Positions 47,308-59,789 are shown, counted from the whole stretch's first letter. The stretch is 63,675 nt of DNA, filler included, from Rhabdomonas costata (GCA_019059605.1; 43 parts of 43 records of this genome joined end to end with filler, not necessarily neighbours in it), one strand, 5' to 3'. Numbers and translations are program-made. The notes: generated by a model from the letters alone, not told the origin.

Positions 47308-50300
47308 GTAAGAGATCTCTCGCTCTCTGCCCCCCTTCACTCCCAGTACCCCCAACCGCGAAATGGTGTAAGCCNNNNNNNNNNNNNNNNNNNNNNNNNN
47401 NNNNNNNNNNNNNNNNNNTTAATTAATTAANNNNNNNNNNNNNNNNNNNNNNNNNNNNNNNNNNNNNNNNNNNNGTGTGTGGGTTGAGGCCTCCAATGAG
47501 ATCCACCGAGGGGACTTGAATGGTGTTATCAGGATGAAAAGAGCGTGTTCTCTTTGCTGACCTGAAATCCTGGAGTCAAAGGTTGATAAGGTTGGTGTCG
47601 TAGTGTCCGAGTTCACGTCTTGAGAGTTCTGGCGTTTGCAGACCCAAGGAGCCAAACTCTTCTCTCTTCTCCACTCGCCCGCTTTTGCCCTACAGCTGGA
47701 TACAGATATCTTCGGATATTGTCTTCAACTTCTTCGTTGCCCCGGTCGAAACGTTAAACCCCTGTGTCCGTGTGGAGTGGTGCATTGGCTTAGGTTTCGA
47801 TGTACCCATAGAGGGTGAGCACGGAGCTAAAACAGAACAGAAAATATCGATCGGCGCATCTTTATGGTTTGTTCCCACTTCCCTCAAAGAGAACCAACCA
47901 AAACGAAGGATTCGTGCTCGCCCGGGGGAGGACCACCCTCCCGTCCTGGCCACCACGCCTCACTCCCGGAGAAGTGTCACTGCGTTTGCTGCCAATGCCG
48001 CTGGAGGTGGAGTCGCAACGGAGGGCTCTGCAGTGCGGCTGCAGTTTCCCTCTGGACACCTCTTCAAGGGCGCCAGCTCGGGGAAGATCAAGCGCGTCTT
48101 CAGCTCGGCGAAAAACCTCGGTGCTTGGGGAAGTAAAGAGGCAGGAGTGGGCCCAAAGAAGAAAGAGAAAGTGCGTAATAAAGATAGATAGACGATGAAC
48201 CACTGGCCAATTTGCCACCGGGGGGGGGGCAGTACCACTCTTCAGCATTTTTACGCCCTTCACCAACAGGGAGAGAGAGACGAACTTCGGAAGCTTCTGG
48301 GGGGCGGCTCACCATAGGTTCCAGGCCAAAATATTGTTCTGAATCAGCGAACCTAACCTCAACTCCCGTCCATCTCCTGCCAGGCCAACACGGTGGGCGG
48401 TGGAGGCCTGCTCTAAGCCAAAGTTAGGCTTAACTTTCGGCAGAGGAGGGTACAAGGCTGACCGATGTGACCGAGTGGGGAGCTGGAAGGGAGAGGGGGG
48501 CGCAGCCACTCGACCCACTTCTTCTTTGATCTCTATTGGCCGAATGGGGACCTTCCCAACCCTAAGCTACCCTTCTCTTCTCCCATGTATGGGGGGGGGG
48601 TCCAAACATGTATCCCATGTATCTCCCATGCGTATGGGGGTTTCTTGGGCCAAAAGGAACAGCGCCCTCTTGCTCCCAGCTAACCAATACTCTGTTGGAA
48701 GTCTGACCAATGCCAAAGAACAACAATCTGTGCCGGAATTTTTCGGGTTGTACTTGCCCTATAGGCCTTTACCTGCCCTATCCAATCCCGGCCTTCTTGA
48801 TGCTCTTTTCGGTCCTTCCTTCCCTCACCCCGAATTCATGACGGAAGGGATTTTGCTNNNNNNNNNNNNNNNNNNNNNNNNNNNNNNNNNNNNNNNNNNN
48901 NTTAATTAATTAANNNNNNNNNNNNNNNNNNNNNNNNNNNNNNNNNNNNNNNNNNNNTTGTTTTTGGGGAGGGGTAAGAAGAGTCTTCGTGAAGTAGTAG
49001 TCAAACGAATTGCTGTCCAGTGCTTTGCTTTGTGAGAGGAGGACTTGGAATTCTAGCTTGGTCACTTTCAGTGTGGGGCGTCATTTGAATTTCTTCAACC
49101 GTCGTCCACGGTCGCAAATGCAACAGGAATAGGAACCTGGGCGGAGTCTGGGGAGTCATCGAGTCCGAAAGCTTTGTCTCGTGTATCCCTGGATTACTTG
49201 TTAGTTTGCTCGAGATTGCTTCTAAATATCCACGACGGCACGTGGTTCTTTGGGAGATTTCCAGGATGTCTTCGCCACAATCTCGCAGGAATTTGTCTGG
49301 AGATATAACGGGTGGGAGGGGTTATTTCTCGAGACATATTTCGCGGATACAGTGATTCAGCAGGTTTAAGTATTTGACCCCTTTGTGTGCAGACTCAGGA
49401 CAAGGTCTTGGGGCAGGAGCAGCCGCTGGAGGACCCCGAGGCCATCCTGGGAGAGATTTGTGAGGAGCTGTGAGAGCTAAACCGCGTGTGCCCATCTACG
49501 CTGCGTTTCGGGACACTATACACATAGAAAGGCATGTTTTTTCGGGTGGGTGGGGGGTATCCCGCGATACACAAAGAGTGAGAGAAAAGAGAAACGTGAA
49601 CCCGAACTTCAAGTACTCACTTACGATTGGGCGTAGTTGTTGGCCCTGCAAATGTCCATGATTAGAAATGAAGACCACCATGGCGCGTATGGTGGCGTAT
49701 GTGTGCTTCGAGCCTGACTGAAAGAAGGGGAGATATATATCGTTCGTATATACCATGAGCTTGAGCTTTACTTGGTTGGATGGATGGATTGTCGGCGGGG
49801 GGGACGGGACTCTCACCTGTTTTCACAAACGTGACCGCAAGAATGAAAACATCCCTTTAGGTTATTCTTTTGTGGGAGAGAGAGCTGAGCCTCTCCATCC
49901 TCTCCCCATTTGGCGTCCCTTCCACGTCCACCAGTTTTTTAAGCGTGCCTCACTTTCTTTTGTTGCTGTTTGCGAGATGTCCCCATTGTTGGCATCTTTG
50001 GCAAACCGCGCCCCCCTCCCTCCGTATTGTTCAGGTCTGCCCCCGCCTACTAGGTTCTTTCCTTTCCCTTCTCCTTCCTCTTCCTTTTCTCCTCAGTGCA
50101 CCCCTCTCTCAAACACTACACTCTCTCTACTACGACTTTGCTCATGCACGCTGTTAGTTTTTGTTCCTTGATTTGTAGGATGGTAATATGACCTTCCCCT
50201 CTTTGTGCAAGTTTGCAGACACCTATTATGGAGGCCCAGGAAGGATTACCCCTGACCATTCCACCCCCGTCAATTACCGCCGGCCCCCTTCCACCAAGGT

Positions 50301-50529
50301 GCCCTCCTAACTCTCAGCTTTAGCTGATGCACACACAACCNNNNNNNNNNNNNNNNNNNNNNNNNNNNNNNNNNNNNNNNNNNNTTAATTAATTAANNNN
50401 NNNNNNNNNNNNNNNNNNNNNNNNNNNNNNNNNNNNNNNNGTTGGTGTGTGCCTAGTGTCGTAGGTGTTGAGGTGGTGCTGAGATTTGTGGTGACGTGTG
50501 TGGTGGATGTCGTCTTGGTGTGGACATAG

Positions 50530-50740
50530 TTGGATCGGGCGGGTACTGCGGTGTGTTTGGTGTCGCTGGTGCTCTTTGAATGTGTGTTCTTCTTTGGTGC
50601 GGTGTGGTGCTTGGGGCTGGTGGTGGATTTGCAGGGGTTTGGTGTCGGTGTTGTGGGTGCTTGGGGTTCGGTGTGTGATTCGGGGCTTGGTTCGGTGTTG
50701 GGTTCTGTAGCAGTGGTGGATGGGCCTTATTCTCTTGGGT
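50530..50740 (+). CDS. Mitochondrial cox3-like fragment
   Basis: GTAVCLVSLVLFECVFFFGAVW is in register with Cox3 GLRYGMILFIxSEVxFFxxFFW (conserved Glu at 50578). Boundaries approximate. Confidence 0.45.
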
Positions 50741-50810
50741 TGGGTTCCCGGTCCCACCGGCCGTACAGCAGTGGGTATCCCTAGGTTCTGGTCTTCAATG
50801 TGTTAGTCTC

Positions 50811-51020
50811 CGGTTGTGGGTGGCTTCCTTTGAGGTTGGTGTTACTTCCTGTGCTGGGTTCCTTGCTGGTGTTGCTCGTGGTGTCGTTGGTGCTGCAGTG
50901 GGTTTATCGTGGTGTGGCTTCCGGTACTGTGGTGGGTCGTGCGCGCGGGTCTCTGGATATGGGGTTGGCATTGGGTTCATGGGTGGGTGTTGGACAAGGA
51001 GGGTGTGGGTGCGTAGATTA
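50811..51020 (+). CDS. Mitochondrial nad7-like fragment
   Basis: RLW..VGVTSCAGFLAGVARGVVGAAVGLSW-x17-VGIGFMGGCWTR has the same spacing as Nad7 RIW..IGV..L..GV..GIxW-x17-VPVGxxGDCYDR. Several conserved charged residues are missing. Confidence 0.35.
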
Positions 51021-51042
51021 GGTGGGTTGGATATGATGTAGT

Positions 51043-51225
51043 GGATGCCCTTGGCTAATTGGTATTGTGGTGGTGTGACTTCGGGGTGTGTGGTTAGGGT
51101 TCGGCGGTAAACAGAGCTGGTGCATGGCAGTTTGGTGGTGGTTTGGCATTGTTAGGTCCGTGTGATTAAGTGCAGTGGTTTCCGGTGTGATCCTCACTGT
51201 TTTCTCTTGTGTTAAGGTGTGGGAC
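51043..51225 (+). CDS. Mitochondrial nad5/nad2-like fragment (two TGA=Trp)
   Basis: With TGA 51076 and 51163 read as W: LRGVWLGFGGKQ...VVSGVILTVFSCVKV, compared with Nad5 AGxPFLxGFYSKD...LTxxYSxR. Confidence 0.33.
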
Positions 51226-51239
51226 ACGCTTCCGAAACA

Positions 51240-51440
51240 TTTGGGCTGTGGTTCGTGTGTCAGAATGTTGGTGGTGCGATGGGTTCTGCTGAGTACAGTG
51301 TGTGTTCCTTGGTGTGCTTGACTTGGGGTTTGTTGCTCGTTGCCTTCGGTGCTTGGTCTCCAATCTTGCTTCTCTATGTGTACATGGGCGGTGTCATGTG
51401 GTGTTGGTATCTTGTTGTGGTGCTCGTGAAGGTTCCATGC
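51240..51440 (+). CDS. Mitochondrial nad4-like fragment
   Basis: YSVCSLVCLTWGLLLV...WCWYLVVVLVKVP resembles Nad4 YTLxGSLxxL...FxVKVP. The diagnostic continuation HxWLPxAH is absent from the contig. Confidence 0.5.
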
Positions 51441-51495
51441 TGTACGGCTTTGCACTCCAAAGTTGGCATCCAGGCATCCAGGTCTCGTGTGTGTC

Positions 51496-51599
51496 AACCA
51501 TGCTCTCGATCAACCATGCTCTCAGGTTCTGTGTGTCGGTCAACCATGCTCTCGATCAACCATGCTCACTGTTAACCATGCTCACTCTCAACCATGCTC
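51496..51599. repeat. AACCATGCTC array (6 copies, mostly 16-bp period)
   Basis: Copies at 51496, 51512, 51542, 51558, 51574 and 51590. Confidence 0.92.
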
Positions 51600-51680
51600 T
51601 CGCGCGTACGTGTGTTCTTCTTATTACATGTATGTATGGGTATAGGTATAGGGTATAGGTGTATGCTGTAGCTGTAGGAG
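51600..51680 (+). other. Conserved non-coding block shared by three G+T-skewed contigs (also 38383-38442 and 39322-39398, minus strand)
   Basis: Consensus CGCGT..TGT(T)CTTCT..TAT..TATGTA(T)GGGT..TATGCTGTAG(G/C)TGTAGG. Confidence 0.8.
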
Positions 51681-53406
51681 TTGGAGTTTGTGTTGGTGTC
51701 ACTGTTGGTGTTGGTGTATGTCTCAAACATGCTCACTGTTGTTGTTGTGTCTGTTGGCTGTAGCTGTGTCTGTTTCTATGGTAATGTGTTGATGCGTAGG
51801 GTGTGTTGGGCTTTAGGGTGTCANNNNNNNNNNNNNNNNNNNNNNNNNNNNNNNNNNNNNNNNNNNNTTAATTAATTAANNNNNNNNNNNNNNNNNNNNN
51901 NNNNNNNNNNNNNNNNNNNNNNNGTGTTGTGGGGATCGGGAGAAATAGGTGGTGGTGAAGGAGCGAAGGAAGGAATTCATAAAAGAAACAGCAGAGATCG
52001 ACAAGACATCCACGTCTAAAACGGGTGGGAACGCCCTTTGCCCTCCATCCTCCCTGTGAAAATCAACAACAATTGTGACCTCTTTGCCCTGATTCGATGT
52101 GGTATTTCTTTGCCACAGTGGCCATCCTCCCTACCTCTCCCAAAGACTTCGGTTCCACTCCCACGCCTCCTGATACTTTGTATTTTCTCCTCTCAGCCTT
52201 TCCACCCACGTGTAATTTATGGCATTGTTTTTCCGGAACAATTGGCACCCCGTTTGTGCGCGCTTGCCCTTATTTATTGCATTGTTTCATCTAATACAAT
52301 AGGAAATGTCTGATGATTATTTGTTTCAAATTCTGATAGTTCTAATGTGTCCAAAAATGGCTCAGAGTTAGAGCTTTCACTCAATCCTCCTGTTGCATTA
52401 GAACTAGAGAAAAATACTACTGTAGCTGTGTAGAATGTAATATTGTGTATTGTTTCGCTAATAGATTTGTTTACACTGTAGGATCAACAACATTTACACA
52501 TTATTTTTTACAAGATCGATAATTCAAGCCATTTAACACGAAATAAACAGATTTACACAAGATGACGTGTCTTTTAGAGCCAGATTTAAGTTCATCTCAT
52601 TGTTTTGTTCATTTCATGAGAGCCCGATAATGTTCTTTTGAGGATAAAAATTTGTTAGTGCCAGGAATCCCTGACCACACTACTCAGCCACTACTCAGGA
52701 GAGTGCTTTTCTCCCCGTCATCAAGTCCTTGTGAAGTGGACCGTAGGGGCCCATCTCCTTCCCGCGAGTATCTGAATGGAAGACGGGGTTGAATTTGTTC
52801 TGCTCCCTGAAGAAGCTGGTGAGCCTGGACTGGCCATCGACCAGTGCAAAACGGACTGCCGCTGTGCCAGGAACTGGAGGGAGTGCTCGACCCCCAAGAC
52901 CTGTGCCTTTTTTTTTACGTCCCTCGGCGGCACTCCTGGGTGGTGAACCCAATGCTGCGCGGAACCATTACTCTCACGGACCGCTGGACCACGGAGATCA
53001 CGCCGTTTCAGCCCCCCGCCCTGACTTGGGAGCGCATCAACGGCACAGGAGTGCGGATGGCCTCTGTGGTGAGCAGCAGGGTTTTACTTTACCACGCCCA
53101 CAGGGCTGCAGACAAGGCATGGCGTCACGCTAGAGCTGCAGGCGGACTCCGTGTGGGCAGACTCTGATTTGGGTCAGGAAGTTCCTCCAGGATTTGGTGC
53201 TTCCTCCCCGTGGGCTTGACGCTGGCCTGGAGCTGCCTCAACAGTAGCCAGTCGTGCGCGAAAGAGCCAAAGAGCCGGGCTCAGCTTCTCCTGCATGCCT
53301 CACAAANNNNNNNNNNNNNNNNNNNNNNNNNNNNNNNNNNNNNNNNNNNNTTAATTAATTAANNNNNNNNNNNNNNNNNNNNNNNNNNNNNNNNNNNNNN
53401 NNNNNN

Positions 53407-53580
53407 TCTGTGAGCTCTGCAAGGAGCGGGGAGAGTGGGCGGAGGCTGCGGGGCGAGGCTGAGACTGAGAGCTGCGAATTTGGCCTCCAGGTCGGTTTTG
53501 GACGCTGCAACCTGGGACTGTAGCTCCAGGTGGCTTTGCTCCAGGCTTTGCTGGGAGGCCTGGATCCCGCCGACAGCAGT
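53407..53580 (-). CDS. Probable coiled-coil exon
   Basis: IQASQQSLEQSHLELQSQVAASKTDLEAKFAALSL with GC-rich codons. Boundaries uncertain. Confidence 0.4.
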
Positions 53581-55210
53581 TGTTGGAGCAGCGGGGGTAG
53601 GATCGGGCACAGTAAAGAGTGAACACGTGCCACACAAACAAAAAAGTGAATCTAATAAGGTGGGTGGAAAAACAGCAGTTTTGATGCATCTCTATAAAAT
53701 TCTTTATAGCTTTGCTATAAAGGGGGGGGGCTCATTTTACAAACTTAATCGCTCCATGAGAGAGCAGAGAGTATGCTTAGCCACGCTATTTAGCGTTGCG
53801 CTTTGCTCCAATGGCGCCCTGTGATGCCTGATGGAATACTGGACTTGTCAAGACCTTGTCACTCGTCACTCACTTGTGTTCCAAGCGGGTTTGCGTGTTG
53901 TTTCTCCATTAGTGGGCGAGCGGCATGCGTTGCTTGGAAGGCGGGGCACTGCTTGAAGGGGGTCGCGTGCCCGTTCTCCCATCTTTGTCAAATGAATGTG
54001 ACGGTGGCTGCTTCTGCGGGCGCAAAGGTTTCAACCGATTCCCCCCCCTTTTTGTTCGTTAGAGTTAGGTTATTTGACGTTTTTTGAGGTATTTGGTGAC
54101 CTTTTTTTTTGTGGAAGGGAGCTTGGTATTTTATGACCATCACAGGGAGGCCGGGTCATTGGAACGTAAAGCAGGCCTCCCGAAATGGCCGGTCCTTCCT
54201 AACGTTTTTAGCACGCCTTCGCAACGGGAGCAAACGTTTGTGCGATTGCCGCTGCGGCATTGGCGCGAAAGCACAAGGTAACAATAGGACTGAAAGAGGG
54301 GGAACACGGGGAGGGGGTGTGTGTGTGTGGAGAAGTTTTGAGAGAAAAGGGAAACTTGTACCCTTGTACCTTGGACCCTTGGACCCTAACCTTTCACCTC
54401 AACCTGACATTGTTGGCGGTTCACAGACACAGGAGAAAATGGAGAGGAGTTCAGGAAGAAGCGCAAAAAGCAATGGGGGTGACGTGCGCTGACTTGCAAA
54501 TAAGCGAGAAGGAAAAATGTTCCCAACCTGAAGCTAACCAAGCTTTTAAGAGCACCACCGAAATCCTTCCGAAATCATTTTGCCTGAGAATTAAACGGAA
54601 TGGAACACTGGGTAGCACCTTTTTGCGAGGATGAGGAGTCTGCCTTTGCACTTGCTGAATTCCAATGTCTTTCCAACGAGTGAGGTGTAGGGAGTGTTTC
54701 ATTGGTTAGGCCCACCTTTGCGTGTGCTCTTTATCTGGAGCTACGGGGGTTTAGGATCGCAATATTTGGGTGCAAGGACCAGCCACANNNNNNNNNNNNN
54801 NNNNNNNNNNNNNNNNNNNNNNNNNNNNNNNTTAATTAATTAANNNNNNNNNNNNNNNNNNNNNNNNNNNNNNNNNNNNNNNNNNNNTGTTGTTTGTCTG
54901 CCGTTACCTTCAGCGGCTCGAAGGTCCGAGTGGGCCTGAGCCCCGCAGCAGCGTGGTTCCAGGAGCTGCCGAGTGAGGTGGATGTTCGCGTGCGTTTCCC
55001 CTGCCTGGCATTGCTCGAGATGCTGGGGTGTGGTACTGAGGCAGTTGGAGTGTAATGCATCGCAAAGCAGCTCAAGGGGGTGGGGGCGACACCTTTTTGC
55101 CTTCATGCAGGATCAGTCCGATCGAGCTGAATTCCTCTGTGTGCTGCAGAACTTTTCAGTCAAATATGTTTTATGATTTGATGGACACAATGTTCTCTGT
55201 TTTCTTGCAG

Positions 55211-55356
55211 TTTCTGGGGACGTACAGCAGTGAACGCGGGGCACAACCCTGCCAGGCCTCACTGGAAAGGCAGATGACTAAACGCGAAAAAGCGGGAAAG
55301 CGCTGCGTGATCTTCTGCGAAAGCGTTGCCCCACCATTGGCTGGAATTAAATACAG
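55211..55356 (+). CDS. Probable exon, unknown protein
   Basis: Strong ttttcttgcag acceptor and AG|gtacgt donor flanking an open frame. Confidence 0.45.
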
Positions 55357-56557
55357 GTACGTATGAGTCTTTCTTGGGCCCTGAGGTTCTGTTTCTACAA
55401 TTCCTTTCCCATAGTAGGGATAGTAGGAATTGTAGGGATATTTACGCCCCGAAACTCAGAAGAATGTATGTGACGTATTTCAACCTGGAATCGTCAGACC
55501 CTATATAATTGCCAGCGTCTTCACCCGCGATTCCCCCTGCCATTTCGGCTCGCTCGCATATCAAAGAAAGGTCTTGTTTAGTGTTGCTACGCGCCGCAAG
55601 CGCGAGGATATTTCTATTTTTGCACCCAGCGGGAATTCTACCACATCACACGTGCAGGTTCTGAGGAACTCACTCGGGTTGGTTTTCTGCTTGGGGAGCA
55701 TAAAACAACCGAAGAAACCAAGAATTCTGTGGTTCTGAATTCACGGTATAACGTGCTTTATTCCGCGAGTTGCCACTGACCTTGCAATATGTTTCCTTTG
55801 AGTTTGGATGGAAGTCATAAAAGTAACAGCAAGGATGCCTGATGTTTTCGTTTTTTAATGGCTGCAACTCCGGGTTTGGCGTCAGGTATTCCCTTTTTTC
55901 TTCGCTCAGCTCTGGCCGCTCCTTTCTTCCGCGTCTGAAAGGCGCTGTAAAGGACGTTCAAGTCAAGCTCCGGAGGCTTGTGAGCTAAAATGGCTGTCTG
56001 CTTTCACGGCCATGCCGTCTCGTTTTCCACGATGACACTCTTTCTGACTGGTGTACCCTGCTGACACTGCGTCGCAGTCTCTCACCCGGAGATCGTTGCC
56101 TTTTCTGTTGTTCGTTTTTCCTTTGCCTTGTGTCTGGGGTCCGGCTTTTTGTGCACCCCTGGCTTCCTTCCAACACGCGCCAGAGCTGGCGCTGCTGCAC
56201 GTTTGTGCCACGTAGAATGGTTTCGTGATTTTATTTTTGTGAAAGGATTTCTCCCAAAACCCNNNNNNNNNNNNNNNNNNNNNNNNNNNNNNNNNNNNNN
56301 NNNNNNTTAATTAATTAANNNNNNNNNNNNNNNNNNNNNNNNNNNNNNNNNNNNNNNNNNNNGGGTTGACAGTGTAATCATGATGACGAGAAGTGTAAGA
56401 GGGTGTAAATGGGGCATGTACGCAAATGGTTTTAATTATTGGTGGTAATCGTCATTAAAATTGGTATTAGAAGCCATGATCACCTCTCCCATTCATCTCA
56501 GGCTGAGCGAAGGAAAGCGCTTGAGTGCACCGATGGCAGGGCATGTAAGTCAATGAC

Positions 56558-57596
56558 CTGATTGCAGTGGAGACCCTTGTCACAGGCCTCAACCACCTTG
56601 TCCCAAAGCTTCGCCTCGACGTAGCTCGAGGCCAGTAAGAAATGGAAAATCGGAGCAGCGCCCTTCTTCTGGAGCTCGCCCACAGCCTTCTCGACCACCA
56701 CAAGCCCCGTATCCAGGCGTCCAGCCAGAACCTGCCCCCCATAGGTAACTATTTTCATAAAAGCAATATGAGCTGAATAATGCATTTAGTACATTTCATT
56801 ATAATTTCGCAGCGGTTCTTGCTTTTGAGTCTTTCGCCATTGGTTTTGGATCGGGAAAACGGCTTCCACTGAGCCTGGAAAACGCAACTCTTTTCAATAA
56901 AATGTTCTAAAAGAGTAGTATTATTGAGTGGCCACAAAACATCACCAGCAACATCGCCACCCGGGACGTGCTCAGCAAAGAATAAGTCTTCCAGTTAACA
57001 TGGCAAGACACATGGCACCAACAAGCTGAGATGACACGCAAAGGTTGACCTGGAAAAAAGGCAGCAACCAATTGAGAGAAGGCGCGCTGCAAGTGTACCT
57101 CAGAGAACCCGTAGTATGCCTTCGCCGCCACGGTCCAAAACTCCCATCCGAAGCCGCCCTTCTCCGTGGCGACACGGAGGCTGTAGTGAGAGTCTCGGGC
57201 GAGCTGTTCCTGCTCCCGCCTCAGGGCCAAAATGAAGCACCCGCACACCAGGTAGGACAACTGAATCGGCCAAAGGTCCTCCGCATCCTGAGCACCCGCA
57301 GATGGGTTCAACACTTTCAATGAGGTCCTCTCAACTCCAAAAGGCAAGAAACCATCCCTTTGCTCTGCGATGGAGGGAAGAAGGCAGGCCTGCGGGAGAG
57401 GGATATCGGGGCAGGGCATAAATGCACAAAGGCGATGCCACCTTCCTTCTCACTCTCAAAAAGCGCCGCCCACACCACGGATCGGGCTCTCCAGAAGAGC
57501 TCCACAAGCCGCTTTTGGTCCTCAAAACGGCCCATGAGGTAATAAAGCCGAGAGCCAAATTCCAGGATGGTTGTCGCGGAGTCCAACATGATGTAA
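56558..57596 (-). CDS. Helical (TPR-like) protein, three exons
   Basis: Exons ~57596-57442, 57287-57099 and 56731-56558. The last two are phase 0/0 and encode TPR-like LLASSYVEAKLWDKVVEACDKGL. Confidence 0.6.
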
Positions 57597-59789
57597 CTGA
57601 AGGCAAAAGTGGGCTGCGCAATTAATTCCACTCGCTCTGCCGTAATCCAAAACACTTGAAATGAAGTCAACCTCTTCGTTGCACTCATTCTCGCGCCACC
57701 ATTCCATCCCTCGCCAGTTTAAAAAATGACCTTATACCACAAAAANNNNNNNNNNNNNNNNNNNNNNNNNNNNNNNNNNNNNNNNNNNNTTAATTAATTA
57801 ANNNNNNNNNNNNNNNNNNNNNNNNNNNNNNNNNNNNNNNNNNNNGGTTGTTGGGAGGCCTCAGCGTATCGTATGGGATTGAATGGCTGTGTGGGTTATG
57901 GAAACGACATCGTGACGAAGTTTATGATAGAAAAATGCCTTGCCGGCTGCATTCACCACCACATCCATGCTTTACCGTGTAGTTCTTTGAAATAGTCAGT
58001 AAAGACGCTGACCAATGACACACGGCGCTTGTTACAACTCATTTTCTCTGAACTTTGTTATGGTTCACAAATGGTCAAGGGTTTACCGCATTGTTCTGCT
58101 CCATTAGAGTTATCTAACAGTCACTGGCGTGTTTTAAGAATGCTTTCAAGTTCAAGTTTTCAAGTCTACAATTCTCCAACTCCGTATCTCAGAAACTGCT
58201 TTTCGTGACGTTAAGAACGTTGAATGCTAAGCCTAAAGAGCTCGAGTTGGGTAATTCGCGTTTGCCCACATTATATGACTGCCACTCACCATGGAGACCC
58301 ACATCAACCAGCACATGTGCAAGCGGCACAACTACAGCTACTACTATTACTACTATTTTTGTATTCTCTGCCGTTGCTCTCTCACGACGGAAACTCCAGT
58401 TTATTGGTCATTTCGGTCATTTTGGTCATTGTGACTACGGACTCTTGCGAACCTGCAGCTACCCTTTTTTTTTGCTCCAAGAGAAAGTGCTGTGAGAGAT
58501 TCTATATAGCTGCGGTCGGTGTGGGTCCCCCCCCGCCCTTTCCCTTTGCGCACCCTCTTCACTGAAAATGGTGCACTTGGATCTTCCCTTTTCCCTGCCA
58601 TGGGACCTTCCAGGGTCCCAGCTTGAAAAGTACTACATGGACTTTTTTCACAGGTTTGCCCACACATGAGCACATGAGCCGGCTGCACTCCCTCACCCCT
58701 CTGAAATGTGTTCCTGCCATTGTGTCGTAAAATTCTTTCAGTCATCGCACCGTGTGGGCATAATGGTTGTAATTAGCTGAGCACCTCCTTTTTCCATCGT
58801 TGTCGTTTGGAAATACGCGGCGGACCAGCCAAGGAAGGCCTGGCTCGTCGTGGGTGTCAAAGGTTACCCCACAAGTTCTACGATCGGGCCACAAAAGCCA
58901 AAGGCCAAAACAAGACAAAAAAGAAAAAGGGTGTGCGTGCGGTAGGGAGGGGTTGGCTGGGAGGGTGGGGCAGCGTGTAGTCGAGGGAGGATACTTCGAT
59001 TGCAAGTCTTTCAAACTCCTCCGATGCGCCTCTGAGCACAAGCGATATCAGAAAATGGCGTCGACAGGGCAGCACAACGTGCCCGGCGATGAAAAGGATG
59101 ACAAGGATGAAAAACAGGGTTGGGGATGGGTTACATGGTTCCAACTGCACAAAACTGCACAGCTGCGTACGAGGAAAGAGAAGACAAGAAACTGCGCTGA
59201 GTTGGCACCAGAATAGAACAAAAAAAANNNNNNNNNNNNNNNNNNNNNNNNNNNNNNNNNNNNNNNNNNNNTTAATTAATTAANNNNNNNNNNNNNNNNN
59301 NNNNNNNNNNNNNNNNNNNNNNNNNNNTGTTTGTGTGCTTATGTACGATTCTGTGTGGTCTGCAGGCGGATACCGAACAGCGGATTTTTCCCCTGGCGCC
59401 GGCGTGGGAGGCCCTTGTTCAGGCCAACAACGAACTGAGGTGGGGCTTATTCCAAACGAGTGCTTGCTCGCTTTTGGAATTGTGTCGCTGATCATATCTC
59501 CCATCCTTTCCTCCTTTCCCTACCTCCCCGCACACGCACTCTCGTGTTCCTTGGCCTCATCTTCACTGCTCTGGGCCCACGTGTGGTGATGCGGTGATGT
59601 AGTAATGCTGGCCCCAGCGCACTTCCGGTTTTCTCTCATTCAGTGGATCCCTTTGTTTGCTATTGTTCCATCGATGTCCATAAGGCGAGCGAGCCCGCTG
59701 GATGTTGTAATGTAATTTCAGTGACCGCTTCTCAGTGGTGGAGGGGGGGGGCTTGCTGTTTCTTGTGTGTGCCTGTGTGGCCTTTTTAG

